A stretch of 34,757 bases of DNA from Macrostomum lignano (taxonomy: Eukaryota), in assembly GCA_002269645.1 (NCBI GenBank), contig NIVC01002304.1:1-34757 (forward strand). Reading direction: 5' to 3'. Positions within the stretch are counted from its first letter, which is position 1, and every line of letters starts with the position of its first letter. The notes below the pieces were generated by a model. It saw nothing but the letters and a program-made list of their open reading frames with translations, was not told where the DNA came from and did no database searches. Below, piece after piece: positions 1-15,000 of this stretch. The position numbers and the translations under genes are program-made.

Positions 1-3000
1 ATAGACAATAGAGTTTATCTACTGTTTCTCATTCTATCTACAGATGCTGTATAGACTGTAGTAGACAATAGGTTTATCTACTGTTTCTTCATTCTATCTA
101 CAGATGCTGTATAGTACTGTAGTAGACAATAGAGTTTATCTACTGTTTCTCATTCATCTACAGATGCTGTATAGACTGTAGTAGACAATAGAGTTTATCT
201 ACTGTTTCTCATTCTATTCTACAGATGCTGTATAGTCTGTAGTAGACAATAGAGTTATCTACTGTTTCTCATTCTATCTACAGATGCTGTATAGACTGTA
301 GTAGACAATAGAGTTATACTACTGTTTCTCATTCTATCTACAGATGCTGTATAGACTGTAGTAGACAATAGAGTTTATCTACTGTTCTCATTCTATCTAC
401 AGATGCTGTATAGTCTGTAGTAGACAATAGAGTTTATCTACTGTTTCTCATTCTATCTACAGATGCTGTATAGACTTGTAGTAGACAATAGAGTTTATCT
501 ACTGTTTCTCATTTCTATCTACAATGCGTTATAGACTGTAGTAGACAATAGAGTTATCTACTGTTTCCATTCTATCTACAGATGCGCTGTGTAGTCTGTA
601 GTAACAATAGAGTTTATCTACTGTTTCTCATTCTATCTACAGATGCTGTATAGACTGTAGTAGACAATAGAGTTTATCTACTGTTTCTCATTCTATCTAC
701 AGATGCTGTATAGACTGTAGTAGACAATAGAGTTTATCTACTGTTTCTCATTCTATCTACAGATGCTGTATAGACTGTAGTAGACAATAGAGTTTATCTA
801 CTGTTTCTCATTCTATCTACAGATGCTGTATAGACTGTAGTAGACAATAGAGTTTATCTACTGTTTCTCATTCTATCTACAGATGCTGTATAGACTGTAG
901 TAGACAATATAGTTTATCTACTGTTTCTCATTCTATCTACAGATGCTGTATAGACTGTAGTAGACAATAGAGTTTATCTACTGTTTCTCATTCTATCTAC
1001 AGATGCTGTATAGACTGTAGTAGACAATAGAGTTTATCTACTGTTTCTCATTCTATCTACAGATGCTGTATAGACTGTAGTAGACAATAGATGTTATCTA
1101 CTGTTTCTCATTCTATCTACAGATGCTGTATAGACTGTAGTAGACAATAGAGTTTATCTACTGTTTCTCATTCTATCTACAGATGCTGTATAGACTGTAG
1201 TAGACAATAGAGTTTATCTACTGTTTCTCATTCTATCTACAGATGCTGTATAGTCTGTAGTAGACAATAGAGTTTATCTACTGTTTCTCATTCTATCTAC
1301 AGATGCTGTATAGACTGTAGTAGACAATAGAGTTTATCTACTGTTTCTCATTCTATCTACAGATGCTGTATAGCTGTAGTAGACAATAGAGTTTATCTAC
1401 TGTTTCTCATTCTATCTACAGATGCTGTATAGACTGTAGTAGACAATAGAGTTTATCTACTGTTTCTCATTCTATCTACAGATGCTGTATAGACTGTAGT
1501 AGACAATAGAGTTTATCTACTGTTTCTCATTCTATCTACAGATGCTGTATAGACTGTAGTAGACAATAGAGTTTATCTACTGTTTCTCATTCTATCTACA
1601 GATGCTGTATAGACTGTAGTAGACAATAGAGTTTATCTACTGTTTCTCATTCTATCTACAGATGCTGTATAGACTGTAGTAGACAATAGAGTTTATCTAC
1701 TGTTTCTCATTCTATCTACAGATGCTGTATAGACTGTAGTAGACAATAGAGTTTATCTACTGTTTCTCATTCTATCTACAGATGCTGTATAGTCTGTAGT
1801 AGACAATAGAATTTATCTACTGTTTCTCATTCTATGTAGTAGACAATAGAGTTTATCTACTGTTTCTCATTCTATCTACAGATGCTGTATAGACTGTAGT
1901 AGACAATAGAGTTTATCTACTGTTTCTCATTCTATCTACAGATGCTGTATAGACTGTAGTAGACAATAGAGTTTATCTACTGTTTCTCATTCTATCTACA
2001 GATGCTGTATAGACTGTAGTAGACAATAGATGTTATCTACTGTTTCTCATTCTATCTACAGATGCTGTATAGACTGTAGTAGACAATAGAGTTTATCTAC
2101 TGTTTCTCATTCTATCTACAGATGCTGTATAGACTGTAGTAGACAATAGAGTTTATCTACTGTTTCTCATTCTATCTACAGATGCTGTATAGTCTGTAGT
2201 AGACAATAGAGTTTATCTACTGTTTCTCATTCTATCTACAGATGCTGTATAGTCTGTAGTAGACAATAGAGTTTATCTACTGTTTCTCATTCTATCTACA
2301 GATGCTGTATAGACTGTAGTAGACAATAGAGTTTATCTACTGTTTCTCATTCTATCTACAGATGCTGTATAGACTGTAGTAGACAATAGAGTTTATCTAC
2401 TGTTTCTCATTCTATCTACAGATGCTGTATAGACTGTAGTAGACAATAGAGTTTATCTACTGTTTCTCATTCTATCTACAGATGCTGTATAGACTGTAGT
2501 AGACAATAGAGTTTATCTACTGTTTCTCATTCTATCTACAGATGCTGTATAGACTGTAGTAGACAATAGAGTTTATCTACTGTTTCTCATTCTATCTACA
2601 GATGCTGTATAGACTGTAGTAGACAATAGAGTTTATCTACTGTTTCTCATTCTATCTACAGATGCTGTATAGACTGTAGTAGACAATAGAGTTTATCTAC
2701 TGTTTCTCATTCTATCTACAGATGCTGTATAGACTGTAGTAGACAATAGAGTTTATCTACTGTTTCTCATTCTATCTACAGATGCTGTATAGACTGTAGT
2801 AGACAATAGAGTTTATCTACTGTTTCTCATTCTATCTACAGATGCTGTATAGACTGTAGTAGACAATAGAGTTTATCTACTGTTTCTCATTCTATCTACA
2901 GATGCTGTATAGACTGTAGTAGACAATAGAGTTTATCTACTGTTTCTCATTCTATCTACAGATGCTGTATAGACTGTAGTAGACAATAGAGTTTATCTAC

Positions 3001-6000
3001 TGTTTCTCATTCTATCTACAGATGCTGTATAGACTGTAGTAGACAATAGAGTTTATCTACTGTTTCTCATTCTATCTACAGATGCTGTATAGACTGTAGT
3101 AGACAATAGAGTTTATCTACTGTTTCTCATTCTATCTACAGATGCTGTATAGCTGTAGTAGACAATAGAGTTTATCTACTGTTTCTCATTCTATCTACAG
3201 ATGCTGTATAGACTGTAGTAGACAATAGAGTTTATCTACTGTTTCTCATCTACAGATGCTGTATCTGTAGTAGACAATAGAGTTTATCTACTGTTTCTCA
3301 TTCTATCTACAGATGCTGTATAGACTGTAGTAGACAATAGAGTTTATCTACTGTTTCTCATTCTATCTACAGATGCTGTATAGCTGTAGTAGACAATAGA
3401 GTTTATCTACTGTTTCTCATTCTATCTACAGATGCTGTATAGACTGTAGTAGACAATAGAGTTTATCTACTGTTTCTCATTCTATCTACAGATGCTGTAT
3501 AGACTGTAGTAGACAATAGAGTTTATCTACTGTTTCTCATTCTATCTACAGATGCTGTATAGACTGTAGTAGACAATAGAGTTTATCTACTGTTTCTCAT
3601 TCTATCTACAGATGCTGTATAGACTGTAGTAGACAATAGAGTTTATCTACTGTTTCTCATTCTATCTACAGATGCTGTATAGACTGTAGTAGACAATAGA
3701 GTTTATCTACTGTTTCTCATTCTATCTACAGATGCTGTATAGACTGTAGTAGACAATAGAGTTTATCTACTGTTTCTCATTCTATCTACAGATGCTGTAT
3801 AGACTGTAGTAGACAATAGAGTTTATCTACTGTTTCTCATTCTATCTACAGATGCTGTATAGACTGTAGTAGACAATAGAGTTTATCTACTGTTTCTCAT
3901 TCTATCTACAGATGCTGTATACTGTAGTAGACAATAGAGTTTATCTACTGTTTCTCATTCTATCTACAGATGCTGTATAGACTGTAGTAGACAATAGAGT
4001 TTATCTACTGTTTCTCATTCTATCTACAGATGCTGTATAGACTGTAGTAGACAATAGAGTTTATCTACTGTTTCTCATTCTATCTACAGATGCTGTATAG
4101 ACTGTAGTAGACAATAGAGTTTATCTACTGTTTCTCATTCTATCTACAGATGCTGTATAGACTGTAGTAGACAATAGAGTTTATCTACTGTTTCTCATTC
4201 TATCTACAGATGCTGTATAGACTGTAGTAGACAATAGAGTTTATCTACTGTTTCTCATTCTATCTACAGATGCTGTATAGACTGTAGTAGACAATAGAGT
4301 TTATCTACTGTTTCTCATTCTATCTACAGATGCTGTATAGACTGTAGTAGACAATAGAGTTTATCTACTGTTTCTCATTCTATCTACAGATGCTGTATAG
4401 ACTGTAGTAGACAATAGAGTTTATCTACTGTTTCTCATTCTATCTACAGATGCTGTATAGACTGTAGTAGACAATAGAGTTTATCTACTGTTTCTCATTC
4501 TATCTACAGATGCTGTATAGACTGTAGTAGACAATAGAGTTTATCTACTGTTTCTCATTCTATCTACAGATGCTGTATAGACTGTAGTAGACAATAGAGT
4601 TTATCTACTGTTTCTCATTCTATCTACAGATGCTGTATAGACTGTAGTAGACAATAGAGTTTATCTACTGTTTCTCATTCTATCTACAGATGCTGTATAG
4701 ACTGTAGTAGACAATAGAGTTTATCTACTGTTTCTCATTCTATCTACAGATGCTGTATAGACTGTAGTAGACAATAGAGTTTATCTACTGTTTCTCATTC
4801 TATCTACAGATGCTGTATAGACTGTAGTAGACAATAGAGTTTATCTACTGTTTCTCATTCTATCTACAGATGCTGTATAGACTGTAGTAGACAATAGAGT
4901 TTATCTACTGTTTCTCATTCTATCTACAGATGCTGTATAGACTGTAGTAGACAATAGAGTTTATCTACTGTTTCTCATTCTATCTACAGATGCTGTATAG
5001 ACTGTAGTAGACAATAGAGTTTATCTACTGTTTCTCATTCTATCTACAGATGCTGTATAGACTGTAGTAGACAATAGAGTTTATCTACTGTTTCTCATTC
5101 TATCTACAGATGCTGTATAGACTGTAGTAGACAATAGAGTTTATCTACTGTTTCTCATTCTATCTACAGATGCTGTATAGACTGTAGTAGACAATAGAGT
5201 TTATCTACTGTTTCTCATTCTATCTACAGATGCTGTATAGACTGTAGTAGACAATAGAGTTTATCTACTGTTTCTCATTCTATCTACAGATGCTGTATAG
5301 ACTGTAGTAGACAATAGAGTTTATCTACTGTTTCTCATTCTATCTACAGATGCTGTATAGACTGTAGTAGACAATAGAGTTTATCTACTGTTTCTCATTC
5401 TATCTACAGATGCTGTATAGACTGTAGTAGACAATAGAGTTTATCTACTGTTTCTCATTCTATCTACAGATGCTGTATAGACTGTAGTAGACAATAGAGT
5501 TTATCTACTGTTTCTCATTCTATCTACAGATGCTGTATAGACTGTAGTAGACAATAGAGTTTATCTACTGTTTCTCATTCTATCTACAGATGCTGTATAG
5601 ACTGTAGTAGACAATAGAGTTTATCTACTGTTTCTCATTCTATCTACAGATGCTGTATAGACTGTAGTAGACAATAGAGTTTATCTACTGTTTCTCATTC
5701 TATCTACAGATGCTGTATAGACTGTAGTAGACAATAGAGTTTATCTACTGTTTCTCATTCTATCTACAGATGCTGTATAGACTGTAGTAGACAATAGAGT
5801 TTATCTACTGTTTCTCATTCTATCTACAGATGCTGTATAGACTGTAGTAGACAATAGAGTTTATCTACTGTTTCTCATTCTATCTACAGATGCTGTATAG
5901 ACTGTAGTAGACAATAGAGTTTATCTACTGTTTCTCATTCTATCTACAGATGCTGTATAGACTGTAGTAGACAATAGAGTTTATCTACTGTTTCTCATTC

Positions 6001-9000
6001 TATCTACAGATGCTGTATAGACTGTAGTAGACAATAGAGTTTATCTACTGTTTCTCATTCTATCTACAGATGCTGTATAGACTGTAGTAGACAATAGAGT
6101 TTATCTACTGTTTCTCATTCTATCTACAGATGCTGTATAGACTGTAGTAGACAATAGAGTTTATCTACTGTTTCTCATTCTATCTACAGATGCTGTATAG
6201 ACTGTAGTAGACAATAGAGTTTATCTACTGTTTCTCATTCTATCTACAGATGCTGTATAGACTGTAGTAGACAATAGAGTTTATCTACTGTTTCTCATTC
6301 TATCTACAGATGCTGTATAGACTGTAGTAGACAATAGAGTTTATCTACTGTTTCTCATTCTATCTACAGATGCTGTATAGACTGTAGTAGACAATAGAGT
6401 TTATCTACTGTTTCTCATTCTATCTACAGATGCTGTATAGACTGTAGTAGACAATAGAGTTTATCTACTGTTTCTCATTCTATCTACAGATGCTGTATAG
6501 ACTGTAGTAGACAATAGAGTTTATCTACTGTTTCTCATTCTATCTACAGATGCTGTATAGACTGTAGTAGACAATAGAGTTTATCTACTGTTTCTCATTC
6601 TATCTACAGATGCTGTATAGACTGTAGTAGACAATAGAGTTTATCTACTGTTTCTCATTCTATCTACAGATGCTGTATAGACTGTAGTAGACAATAGAGT
6701 TTATCTACTGTTTCTCATTCTATCTACAGATGCTGTATAGACTGTAGTAGACAATAGAGTTTATCTACTGTTTCTCATTCTATCTACAGATGCTGTATAG
6801 ACTGTAGTAGACAATAGAGTTTATCTACTGTTTCTCATTCTATCTACAGATGCTGTATAGACTGTAGTAGACAATAGAGTTTATCTACTGTTTCTCATTC
6901 TATCTACAGATGCTGTATAGACTGTAGTAGACAATAGAGTTTATCTACTGTTTCTCATTCTATCTACAGATGCTGTATAGACTGTAGTAGACAATAGAGT
7001 TTATCTACTGTTTCTCATTCTATCTACAGATGCTGTATAGACTGTAGTAGACAATAGAGTTTATCTACTGTTTCTCATTCTATCTACAGATGCTGTATAG
7101 ACTGTAGTAGACAATAGAGTTTATCTACTGTTTCTCATTCTATCTACAGATGCTGTATAGACTGTAGTAGACAATAGAGTTTATCTACTGTTTCTCATTC
7201 TATCTACAGATGCTGTATAGACTGTAGTAGACAATAGAGTTTATCTACTGTTTCTCATTCTATCTACAGATGCTGTATAGACTGTAGTAGACAATAGAGT
7301 TTATCTACTGTTTCTCATTCTATCTACAGATGCTGTATAGACTGTAGTAGACAATAGAGTTTATCTACTGTTTCTCATTCTATCTACAGATGCTGTATAG
7401 ACTGTAGTAGACAATAGAGTTTATCTACTGTTTCTCATTCTATCTACAGATGCTGTATAGACTGTAGTAGACAATAGAGTTTATCTACTGTTTCTCATTC
7501 TATCTACAGATGCTGTATAGACTGTAGTAGACAATAGAGTTTATCTACTGTTTCTCATTCTATCTACAGATGCTGTATAGACTGTAGTAGACAATAGAGT
7601 TTATCTACTGTTTCTCATTCTATCTACAGATGCTGTATAGACTGTAGTAGACAATAGAGTTTATCTACTGTTTCTCATTCTATCTACAGATGCTGTATAG
7701 ACTGTAGTAGACAATAGAGTTTATCTACTGTTTCTCATTCTATCTACAGATGCTGTATAGACTGTAGTAGACAATAGAGTTTATCTACTGTTTCTCATTC
7801 TATCTACAGATGCTGTATAGACTGTAGTAGACAATAGAGTTTATCTACTGTTTCTCATTCTATCTACAGATGCTGTATAGACTGTAGTAGACAATAGAGT
7901 TTATCTACTGTTTCTCATTCTATCTACAGATGCTGTATAGACTGTAGTAGACAATAGAGTTTATCTACTGTTTCTCATTCTATCTACAGATGCTGTATAG
8001 ACTGTAGTAGACAATAGAGTTTATCTACTGTTTCTCATTCTATCTACAGATGCTGTATAGACTGTAGTAGACAATAGAGTTTATCTACTGTTTCTCATTC
8101 TATCTACAGATGCTGTATAGACTGTAGTAGACAATAGAGTTTATCTACTGTTTCTCATTCTATCTACAGATGCTGTATAGACTGTAGTAGACAATAGAGT
8201 TTATCTACTGTTTCTCATTCTATCTACAGATGCTGTATAGACTGTAGTAGACAATAGAGTTTATCTACTGTTTCTCATTCTATCTACAGATGCTGTATAG
8301 ACTGTAGTAGACAATAGAGTTTATCTACTGTTTCTCATTCTATCTACAGATGCTGTATAGACTGTAGTAGACAATAGAGTTTATCTACTGTTTCTCATTC
8401 TATCTACAGATGCTGTATAGACTGTAGTAGACAATAGAGTTTATCTACTGTTTCTCATTCTATCTACAGATGCTGTATAGACTGTAGTAGACAATAGAGT
8501 TTATCTACTGTTTCTCATTCTATCTACAGATGCTGTATAGACTGTAGTAGACAATAGAGTTTATCTACTGTTTCTCATTCTATCTACAGATGCTGTATAG
8601 ACTGTAGTAGACAATAGAGTTTATCTACTGTTTCTCATTCTATCTACAGATGCTGTATAGACTGTAGTAGACAATAGAGTTTATCTACTGTTTCTCATTC
8701 TATCTACAGATGCTGTATAGACTGTAGTAGACAATAGAGTTTATCTACTGTTTCTCATTCTATCTACAGATGCTGTATAGACTGTAGTAGACAATAGAGT
8801 TTATCTACTGTTTCTCATTCTATCTACAGATGCTGTATAGACTGTAGTAGACAATAGAGTTTATCTACTGTTTCTCATTCTATCTACAGATGCTGTATAG
8901 ACTGTAGTAGACAATAGAGTTTATCTACTGTTTCTCATTCTATCTACAGATGCTGTATAGACTGTAGTAGACAATAGAGTTTATCTACTGTTTCTCATTC

Positions 9001-12000
9001 TATCTACAGATGCTGTATAGACTGTAGTAGACAATAGAGTTTATCTACTGTTTCTCATTCTATCTACAGATGCTGTATAGACTGTAGTAGACAATAGAGT
9101 TTATCTACTGTTTCTCATTCTATCTACAGATGCTGTATAGACTGTAGTAGACAATAGAGTTTATCTACTGTTTCTCATTCTATCTACAGATGCTGTATAG
9201 ACTGTAGTAGACAATAGAGTTTATCTACTGTTTCTCATTCTATCTACAGATGCTGTATAGACTGTAGTAGACAATAGAGTTTATCTACTGTTTCTCATTC
9301 TATCTACAGATGCTGTATAGACTGTAGTAGACAATAGAGTTTATCTACTGTTTCTCATTCTATCTACAGATGCTGTATAGACTGTAGTAGACAATAGAGT
9401 TTATCTACTGTTTCTCATTCTATCTACAGATGCTGTATAGACTGTAGTAGACAATAGAGTTTATCTACTGTTTCTCATTCTATCTACAGATGCTGTATAG
9501 ACTGTAGTAGACAATAGAGTTTATCTACTGTTTCTCATTCTATCTACAGATGCTGTATAGACTGTAGTAGACAATAGAGTTTATCTACTGTTTCTCATTC
9601 TATCTACAGATGCTGTATAGACTGTAGTAGACAATAGAGTTTATCTACTGTTTCTCATTCTATCTACAGATGCTGTATAGACTGTAGTAGACAATAGAGT
9701 TTATCTACTGTTTCTCATTCTATCTACAGATGCTGTATAGACTGTAGTAGACAATAGAGTTTATCTACTGTTTCTCATTCTATCTACAGATGCTGTATAG
9801 ACTGTAGTAGACAATAGAGTTTATCTACTGTTTCTCATTCTATCTACAGATGCTGTATAGACTGTAGTAGACAATAGAGTTTATCTACTGTTTCTCATTC
9901 TATCTACAGATGCTGTATAGACTGTAGTAGACAATAGAGTTTATCTACTGTTTCTCATTCTATCTACAGATGCTGTATAGACTGTAGTAGACAATAGAGT
10001 TTATCTACTGTTTCTCATTCTATCTACAGATGCTGTATAGACTGTAGTAGACAATAGAGTTTATCTACTGTTTCTCATTCTATCTACAGATGCTGTATAG
10101 ACTGTAGTAGACAATAGAGTTTATCTACTGTTTCTCATTCTATCTACAGATGCTGTATAGACTGTAGTAGACAATAGAGTTTATCTACTGTTTCTCATTC
10201 TATCTACAGATGCTGTATAGACTGTAGTAGACAATAGAGTTTATCTACTGTTTCTCATTCTATCTACAGATGCTGTATAGACTGTAGTAGACAATAGAGT
10301 TTATCTACTGTTTCTCATTCTATCTACAGATGCTGTATAGACTGTAGTAGACAATAGAGTTTATCTACTGTTTCTCATTCTATCTACAGATGCTGTATAG
10401 ACTGTAGTAGACAATAGAGTTTATCTACTGTTTCTCATTCTATCTACAGATGCTGTATAGACTGTAGTAGACAATAGAGTTTATCTACTGTTTCTCATTC
10501 TATCTACAGATGCTGTATAGACTGTAGTAGACAATAGAGTTTATCTACTGTTTCTCATTCTATCTACAGATGCTGTATAGACTGTAGTAGACAATAGAGT
10601 TTATCTACTGTTTCTCATTCTATCTACAGATGCTGTATAGACTGTAGTAGACAATAGAGTTTATCTACTGTTTCTCATTCTATCTACAGATGCTGTATAG
10701 ACTGTAGTAGACAATAGAGTTTATCTACTGTTTCTCATTCTATCTACAGATGCTGTATAGACTGTAGTAGACAATAGAGTTTATCTACTGTTTCTCATTC
10801 TATCTACAGATGCTGTATAGACTGTAGTAGACAATAGAGTTTATCTACTGTTTCTCATTCTATCTACAGATGCTGTATAGACTGTAGTAGACAATAGAGT
10901 TTATCTACTGTTTCTCATTCTATCTACAGATGCTGTATAGACTGTAGTAGACAATAGAGTTTATCTACTGTTTCTCATTCTATCTACAGATGCTGTATAG
11001 ACTGTAGTAGACAATAGAGTTTATCTACTGTTTCTCATTCTATCTACAGATGCTGTATAGACTGTAGTAGACAATAGAGTTTATCTACTGTTTCTCATTC
11101 TATCTACAGATGCTGTATAGACTGTAGTAGACAATAGAGTTTATCTACTGTTTCTCATTCTATCTACAGATGCTGTATAGACTGTAGTAGACAATAGAGT
11201 TTATCTACTGTTTCTCATTCTATCTACAGATGCTGTATAGACTGTAGTAGACAATAGAGTTTATCTACTGTTTCTCATTCTATCTACAGATGCTGTATAG
11301 ACTGTAGTAGACAATAGAGTTTATCTACTGTTTCTCATTCTATCTACAGATGCTGTATAGACTGTAGTAGACAATAGAGTTTATCTACTGTTTCTCATTC
11401 TATCTACAGATGCTGTATAGACTGTAGTAGACAATAGAGTTTATCTACTGTTTCTCATTCTATCTACAGATGCTGTATAGACTGTAGTAGACAATAGAGT
11501 TTATCTACTGTTTCTCATTCTATCTACAGATGCTGTATAGACTGTAGTAGACAATAGAGTTTATCTACTGTTTCTCATTCTATCTACAGATGCTGTATAG
11601 ACTGTAGTAGACAATAGAGTTTATCTACTGTTTCTCATTCTATCTACAGATGCTGTATAGACTGTAGTAGACAATAGAGTTTATCTACTGTTTCTCATTC
11701 TATCTACAGATGCTGTATAGACTGTAGTAGACAATAGAGTTTATCTACTGTTTCTCATTCTATCTACAGATGCTGTATAGACTGTAGTAGACAATAGAGT
11801 TTATCTACTGTTTCTCATTCTATCTACAGATGCTGTATAGACTGTAGTAGACAATAGAGTTTATCTACTGTTTCTCATTCTATCTACAGATGCTGTATAG
11901 ACTGTAGTAGACAATAGAGTTTATCTACTGTTTCTCATTCTATCTACAGATGCTGTATAGACTGTAGTAGACAATAGAGTTTATCTACTGTTTCTCATTC

Positions 12001-15000
12001 TATCTACAGATGCTGTATAGACTGTAGTAGACAATAGAGTTTATCTACTGTTTCTCATTCTATCTACAGATGCTGTATAGACTGTAGTAGACAATAGAGT
12101 TTATCTACTGTTTCTCATTCTATCTACAGATGCTGTATAGACTGTAGTAGACAATAGAGTTTATCTACTGTTTCTCATTCTATCTACAGATGCTGTATAG
12201 ACTGTAGTAGACAATAGAGTTTATCTACTGTTTCTCATTCTATCTACAGATGCTGTATAGACTGTAGTAGACAATAGAGTTTATCTACTGTTTCTCATTC
12301 TATCTACAGATGCTGTATAGACTGTAGTAGACAATAGAGTTTATCTACTGTTTCTCATTCTATCTACAGATGCTGTATAGACTGTAGTAGACAATAGAGT
12401 TTATCTACTGTTTCTCATTCTATCTACAGATGCTGTATAGACTGTAGTAGACAATAGAGTTTATCTACTGTTTCTCATTCTATCTACAGATGCTGTATAG
12501 ACTGTAGTAGACAATAGAGTTTATCTACTGTTTCTCATTCTATCTACAGATGCTGTATAGACTGTAGTAGACAATAGAGTTTATCTACTGTTTCTCATTC
12601 TATCTACAGATGCTGTATAGACTGTAGTAGACAATAGAGTTTATCTACTGTTTCTCATTCTATCTACAGATGCTGTATAGACTGTAGTAGACAATAGAGT
12701 TTATCTACTGTTTCTCATTCTATCTACAGATGCTGTATAGACTGTAGTAGACAATAGAGTTTATCTACTGTTTCTCATTCTATCTACAGATGCTGTATAG
12801 ACTGTAGTAGACAATAGAGTTTATCTACTGTTTCTCATTCTATCTACAGATGCTGTATAGACTGTAGTAGACAATAGAGTTTATCTACTGTTTCTCATTC
12901 TATCTACAGATGCTGTATAGACTGTAGTAGACAATAGAGTTTATCTACTGTTTCTCATTCTATCTACAGATGCTGTATAGACTGTAGTAGACAATAGAGT
13001 TTATCTACTGTTTCTCATTCTATCTACAGATGCTGTATAGACTGTAGTAGACAATAGAGTTTATCTACTGTTTCTCATTCTATCTACAGATGCTGTATAG
13101 ACTGTAGTAGACAATAGAGTTTATCTACTGTTTCTCATTCTATCTACAGATGCTGTATAGACTGTAGTAGACAATAGAGTTTATCTACTGTTTCTCATTC
13201 TATCTACAGATGCTGTATAGACTGTAGTAGACAATAGAGTTTATCTACTGTTTCTCATTCTATCTACAGATGCTGTATAGACTGTAGTAGACAATAGAGT
13301 TTATCTACTGTTTCTCATTCTATCTACAGATGCTGTATAGACTGTAGTAGACAATAGAGTTTATCTACTGTTTCTCATTCTATCTACAGATGCTGTATAG
13401 ACTGTAGTAGACAATAGAGTTTATCTACTGTTTCTCATTCTATCTACAGATGCTGTATAGACTGTAGTAGACAATAGAGTTTATCTACTGTTTCTCATTC
13501 TATCTACAGATGCTGTATAGACTGTAGTAGACAATAGAGTTTATCTACTGTTTCTCATTCTATCTACAGATGCTGTATAGACTGTAGTAGACAATAGAGT
13601 TTATCTACTGTTTCTCATTCTATCTACAGATGCTGTATAGACTGTAGTAGACAATAGAGTTTATCTACTGTTTCTCATTCTATCTACAGATGCTGTATAG
13701 ACTGTAGTAGACAATAGAGTTTATCTACTGTTTCTCATTCTATCTACAGATGCTGTATAGACTGTAGTAGACAATAGAGTTTATCTACTGTTTCTCATTC
13801 TATCTACAGATGCTGTATAGACTGTAGTAGACAATAGAGTTTATCTACTGTTTCTCATTCTATCTACAGATGCTGTATAGACTGTAGTAGACAATAGAGT
13901 TTATCTACTGTTTCTCATTCTATCTACAGATGCTGTATAGACTGTAGTAGACAATAGAGTTTATCTACTGTTTCTCATTCTATCTACAGATGCTGTATAG
14001 ACTGTAGTAGACAATAGAGTTTATCTACTGTTTCTCATTCTATCTACAGATGCTGTATAGACTGTAGTAGACAATAGAGTTTATCTACTGTTTCTCATTC
14101 TATCTACAGATGCTGTATAGACTGTAGTAGACAATAGAGTTTATCTACTGTTTCTCATTCTATCTACAGATGCTGTATAGACTGTAGTAGACAATAGAGT
14201 TTATCTACTGTTTCTCATTCTATCTACAGATGCTGTATAGACTGTAGTAGACAATAGAGTTTATCTACTGTTTCTCATTCTATCTACAGATGCTGTATAG
14301 ACTGTAGTAGACAATAGAGTTTATCTACTGTTTCTCATTCTATCTACAGATGCTGTATAGACTGTAGTAGACAATAGAGTTTATCTACTGTTTCTCATTC
14401 TATCTACAGATGCTGTATAGACTGTAGTAGACAATAGAGTTTATCTACTGTTTCTCATTCTATCTACAGATGCTGTATAGACTGTAGTAGACAATAGAGT
14501 TTATCTACTGTTTCTCATTCTATCTACAGATGCTGTATAGACTGTAGTAGACAATAGAGTTTATCTACTGTTTCTCATTCTATCTACAGATGCTGTATAG
14601 ACTGTAGTAGACAATAGAGTTTATCTACTGTTTCTCATTCTATCTACAGATGCTGTATAGACTGTAGTAGACAATAGAGTTTATCTACTGTTTCTCATTC
14701 TATCTACAGATGCTGTATAGACTGTAGTAGACAATAGAGTTTATCTACTGTTTCTCATTCTATCTACAGATGCTGTATAGACTGTAGTAGACAATAGAGT
14801 TTATCTACTGTTTCTCATTCTATCTACAGATGCTGTATAGACTGTAGTAGACAATAGAGTTTATCTACTGTTTCTCATTCTATCTACAGATGCTGTATAG
14901 ACTGTAGTAGACAATAGAGTTTATCTACTGTTTCTCATTCTATCTACAGATGCTGTATAGACTGTAGTAGACAATAGAGTTTATCTACTGTTTCTCATTC

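Noticed and set aside
1-620. High density of unique indels at the array start
   Set aside because: Non-recurrent 1-2 nt indels look like low-coverage long-read error at a contig end, not biology.
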